Positions 62,312 through 64,000 of a stretch of DNA of 64,000 bases are shown here, piece after piece. This DNA is from Promethearchaeota archaeon (GTDB taxonomy: Archaea; Asgardarchaeota; Thorarchaeia; Thorarchaeales; Thorarchaeaceae): NCBI GenBank assembly GCA_027031765.1, contig JALVPN010000040.1:71915-135914 (forward strand), given 5' to 3'. The notes under the pieces were generated by a model. That model had not been told where the DNA came from. It worked only from the letters and a program-made list of their open reading frames with translations, and did no database searches. A program made the position numbers and the translations under genes. Numbering within the stretch: position 1 is the stretch's first letter; every line of letters starts with the position of its first letter.

Positions 62312-62617
62312 TCATACAGCCACGGGCAACTCGCGTTCGATGCTAAAGGCCCTCACTTTGAGGATATCACGGTAGTTGGCAAAGAGCTGGTCAAACTGAT
62401 CCTTCATATGGACTGGTACCATTATGGCTGAGTCGGTGACTACCTCGCATAGCGGTGACGAGTCGACTAGTCCCGGCTTTCGTCGCGTTTTGAGGCCGCC
62501 CCGTGTCTTCCATGTATATGTGTAGCCATAGAGCTCCTTTGTGAATGCAATCCTCCTGGCATTCCGTTGGCGTGAATTGATACAATCGTAGACATAGAGC
62601 ACAGTTTCCATTGTCAA
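62312..62617 (-). CDS. Hypothetical 101-aa basic protein (weak Cas2-like N-terminal pattern, no array nearby)
   Basis: ORF only; VLYVYDC..RRIA pattern is suggestive but not diagnostic. Confidence 0.25.
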   Translation of the reverse strand: MTMETVLYVYDCINSRQRNARRIAFTKELYGYTYTWKTRGGLKTRRKPGLVDSSPLCEVVTDSAIMVPVHMKDQFDQLFANYRDILKVRAFSIERELPVAV

Positions 62618-62861
62618 CCGGTGCTCTTTCGCTCCCGGGCAGATTTGAAAATGCGTACTACAGGGGTTGTGCCAGCCTACAACGGTGGCATGCTACACGA
62701 GAGAATCCGCTTCCAGTATCCTACAAGTGTCATCCAATCCAGTACTCTTTTTTGCTTGTATGGATGGGGAAGACTTAAAGCCCCCATGTTGTGCGACTCG
62801 CAGTGCGCCGTTGTCGTGCACAGACTATTGGCCACCTTGTAATCTCGACCTGGTGAGATGC

Positions 62862-64000
62862 ATGAATACGATTGGGCTACGGAGGGAAGACAAGCCCTTC
62901 GAGAGGCGAGTGCCACTGGTACCGGAGCACGTCAGCGAGCTGATTGTTGCCCATGGCATTTCTTTTGTAGTTGAGCCCTCCCCGGATCGCGCTTTCACCA
63001 ACAAGGAGTTCGAGTCGGCCGGAGCGAGGCTCGGTGACATCCGCAGCCCGGATGTCCGGGTAGTCCTTGGAATCAAGGAGATGCCTTCTGACCTCTTTGA
63101 GGCCGGAAATGTTTACGTCTTCTTCAGTCACACAATCAAGGGCCAAGAGCACAACATGCCGATGCTCCGTGCACTACTGAGTGCAGGTGCGACCTTGATA
63201 GACTATGAGTGTATCGTTGATGATAGTGGTAGGCGCCTCATCTTCTTCGGCAACTGGGCGGGTATGGCTGGAATGGCTGACACACTTAGGGTCTTTGGGG
63301 CCCGACTGGCATACGAACGCATATCGCCAAACCCTTTCCTTGATCTTCCACCAACGTACGAATGTGCCTCTCTCGACCATCTCCGTGGAGAGATTGCAAA
63401 GGTTGCCGAACGCATCGAGTCGCACGGACTGCCGGCATCCCTGAAACCTGTTGTTGTTGGCTTTGCAGGGTATGGAAATGTTTCTCGCGGGGCGCAAGAG
63501 TTGTTCGACATACTGCCCCACGAAACCGTAGCACCAGAGGAGCTCGACGAGGTTGAGTCGACTGCTGATGTATTGTACAAGTGTGTCTTCAAGGAGGAGC
63601 ACATGGTTGAACCGGCTGACCCGTCAATAGAGTTCGACCTCCAGGACTACTATAGACATGGGTCTTCAAAGTATCGTGGAGTCTTCGAGCGGTACATCCC
63701 ATACTTAACGGTTCTAATGAACTGTATCTTCTGGGCTGACAAGTATCCCCGTCTTGTAACAAAACGGTTCATTCGGGAACACTGGGTGAGCCCATCTAGG
63801 CGGCTCAAGGTTGTTGGTGACATTTCGTGTGACCTTGAAGGTGCCATCGAGTTCACTGTCATGACGACAAATCCTGAGAGCCCCGCCTTCACATACCTCG
63901 TGGATGAAGACCGCGCTGTGAGCGGAGTGGAGGGCAATGGGCCAGTAGTAATGGCAATCGACAACCTGCCAACGGAACTGCCGCGCGAGTCGTCGCGCTC
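62862..64000 (+). CDS. Saccharopine dehydrogenase / alanine-dehydrogenase-PNT family protein, 3' end beyond window
   Basis: I translated this open frame myself; it is absent from the track because no stop lies in the window. MNTIGLRREDKPFERRVPLVPEHVSELI..GISFVVEPS N-terminus typical of LKR/SDH. Confidence 0.7.
   Translation, partial: MNTIGLRREDKPFERRVPLVPEHVSELIVAHGISFVVEPSPDRAFTNKEFESAGARLGDIRSPDVRVVLGIKEMPSDLFEAGNVYVFFSHTIKGQEHNMPMLRALLSAGATLIDYECIVDDSGRRLIFFGNWAGMAGMADTLRVFGARLAYERISPNPFLDLPPTYECASLDHLRGEIAKVAERIESHGLPASLKPVVVGFAGYGNVSRGAQELFDILPHETVAPEELDEVESTADVLYKCVFKEEHMVEPADPSIEFDLQDYYRHGSSKYRGVFERYIPYLTVLMNCIFWADKYPRLVTKRFIREHWVSPSRRLKVVGDISCDLEGAIEFTVMTTNPESPAFTYLVDEDRAVSGVEGNGPVVMAIDNLPTELPRESSR

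Overview
Archaeal chromosomal segment, GC-rich by eye (roughly mid-50s percent), gene-dense on both strands. Core information-processing genes: rpoB (unsplit)-rpoA'-rpoA''-rpl30e-nusA cluster, KEOPS genes (kae1 translationally coupled to bud32; pcc1 about 5 kb away), pyrG, nurA-herA, gatD-gatE, pgk, PAN, TFE, MBF1, NAC, S15, FAU-1, a Trm11-like and a Trm5/TYW2-like methyltransferase, hypF, iorAB, ADP-forming acetyl-CoA synthetase, an isolated A/V-ATPase subunit D. I hand-folded 10 tRNA genes; 8 carry introns. Five have introns at non-canonical positions: four in the T-loop at 59/60 (Pro, Lys, Met, Leu-TAA) and one at the anticodon-stem/variable-arm junction (Leu-TAG). tRNA-Pro and tRNA-Met each carry two introns. 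Together with unsplit rpoB, separate kae1/bud32, GatDE and scattered ATPase genes this points to a Thermoproteales-like (TACK/crenarchaeal) genome. Less ordinary content: a tandem-Roadblock / unknown / Ras-like small GTPase operon with an archaeal TATA box (7.8-10.4 kb). A membrane-anchored protein with about 30 perfect PGGGP/A repeats, co-oriented with a HEAT-repeat protein (35.2-37.4 kb). An AAA+ ATPase / RHH pair coupled by a GTGA overlap (51.5-52.8 kb). A lower-GC island with two orphan ORFs and recurring GTAATAC/GTATTAC palindromes (54.45-57.1 kb). A LigT 2H-phosphoesterase / P-loop kinase / UPF0201 cluster abutting the two-intron tRNA-Pro. Many ORFs in the supplied track are antisense or overlap artefacts, and several real genes need start-codon trimming. 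The final gene, a saccharopine-dehydrogenase-like CDS, runs off the window end.
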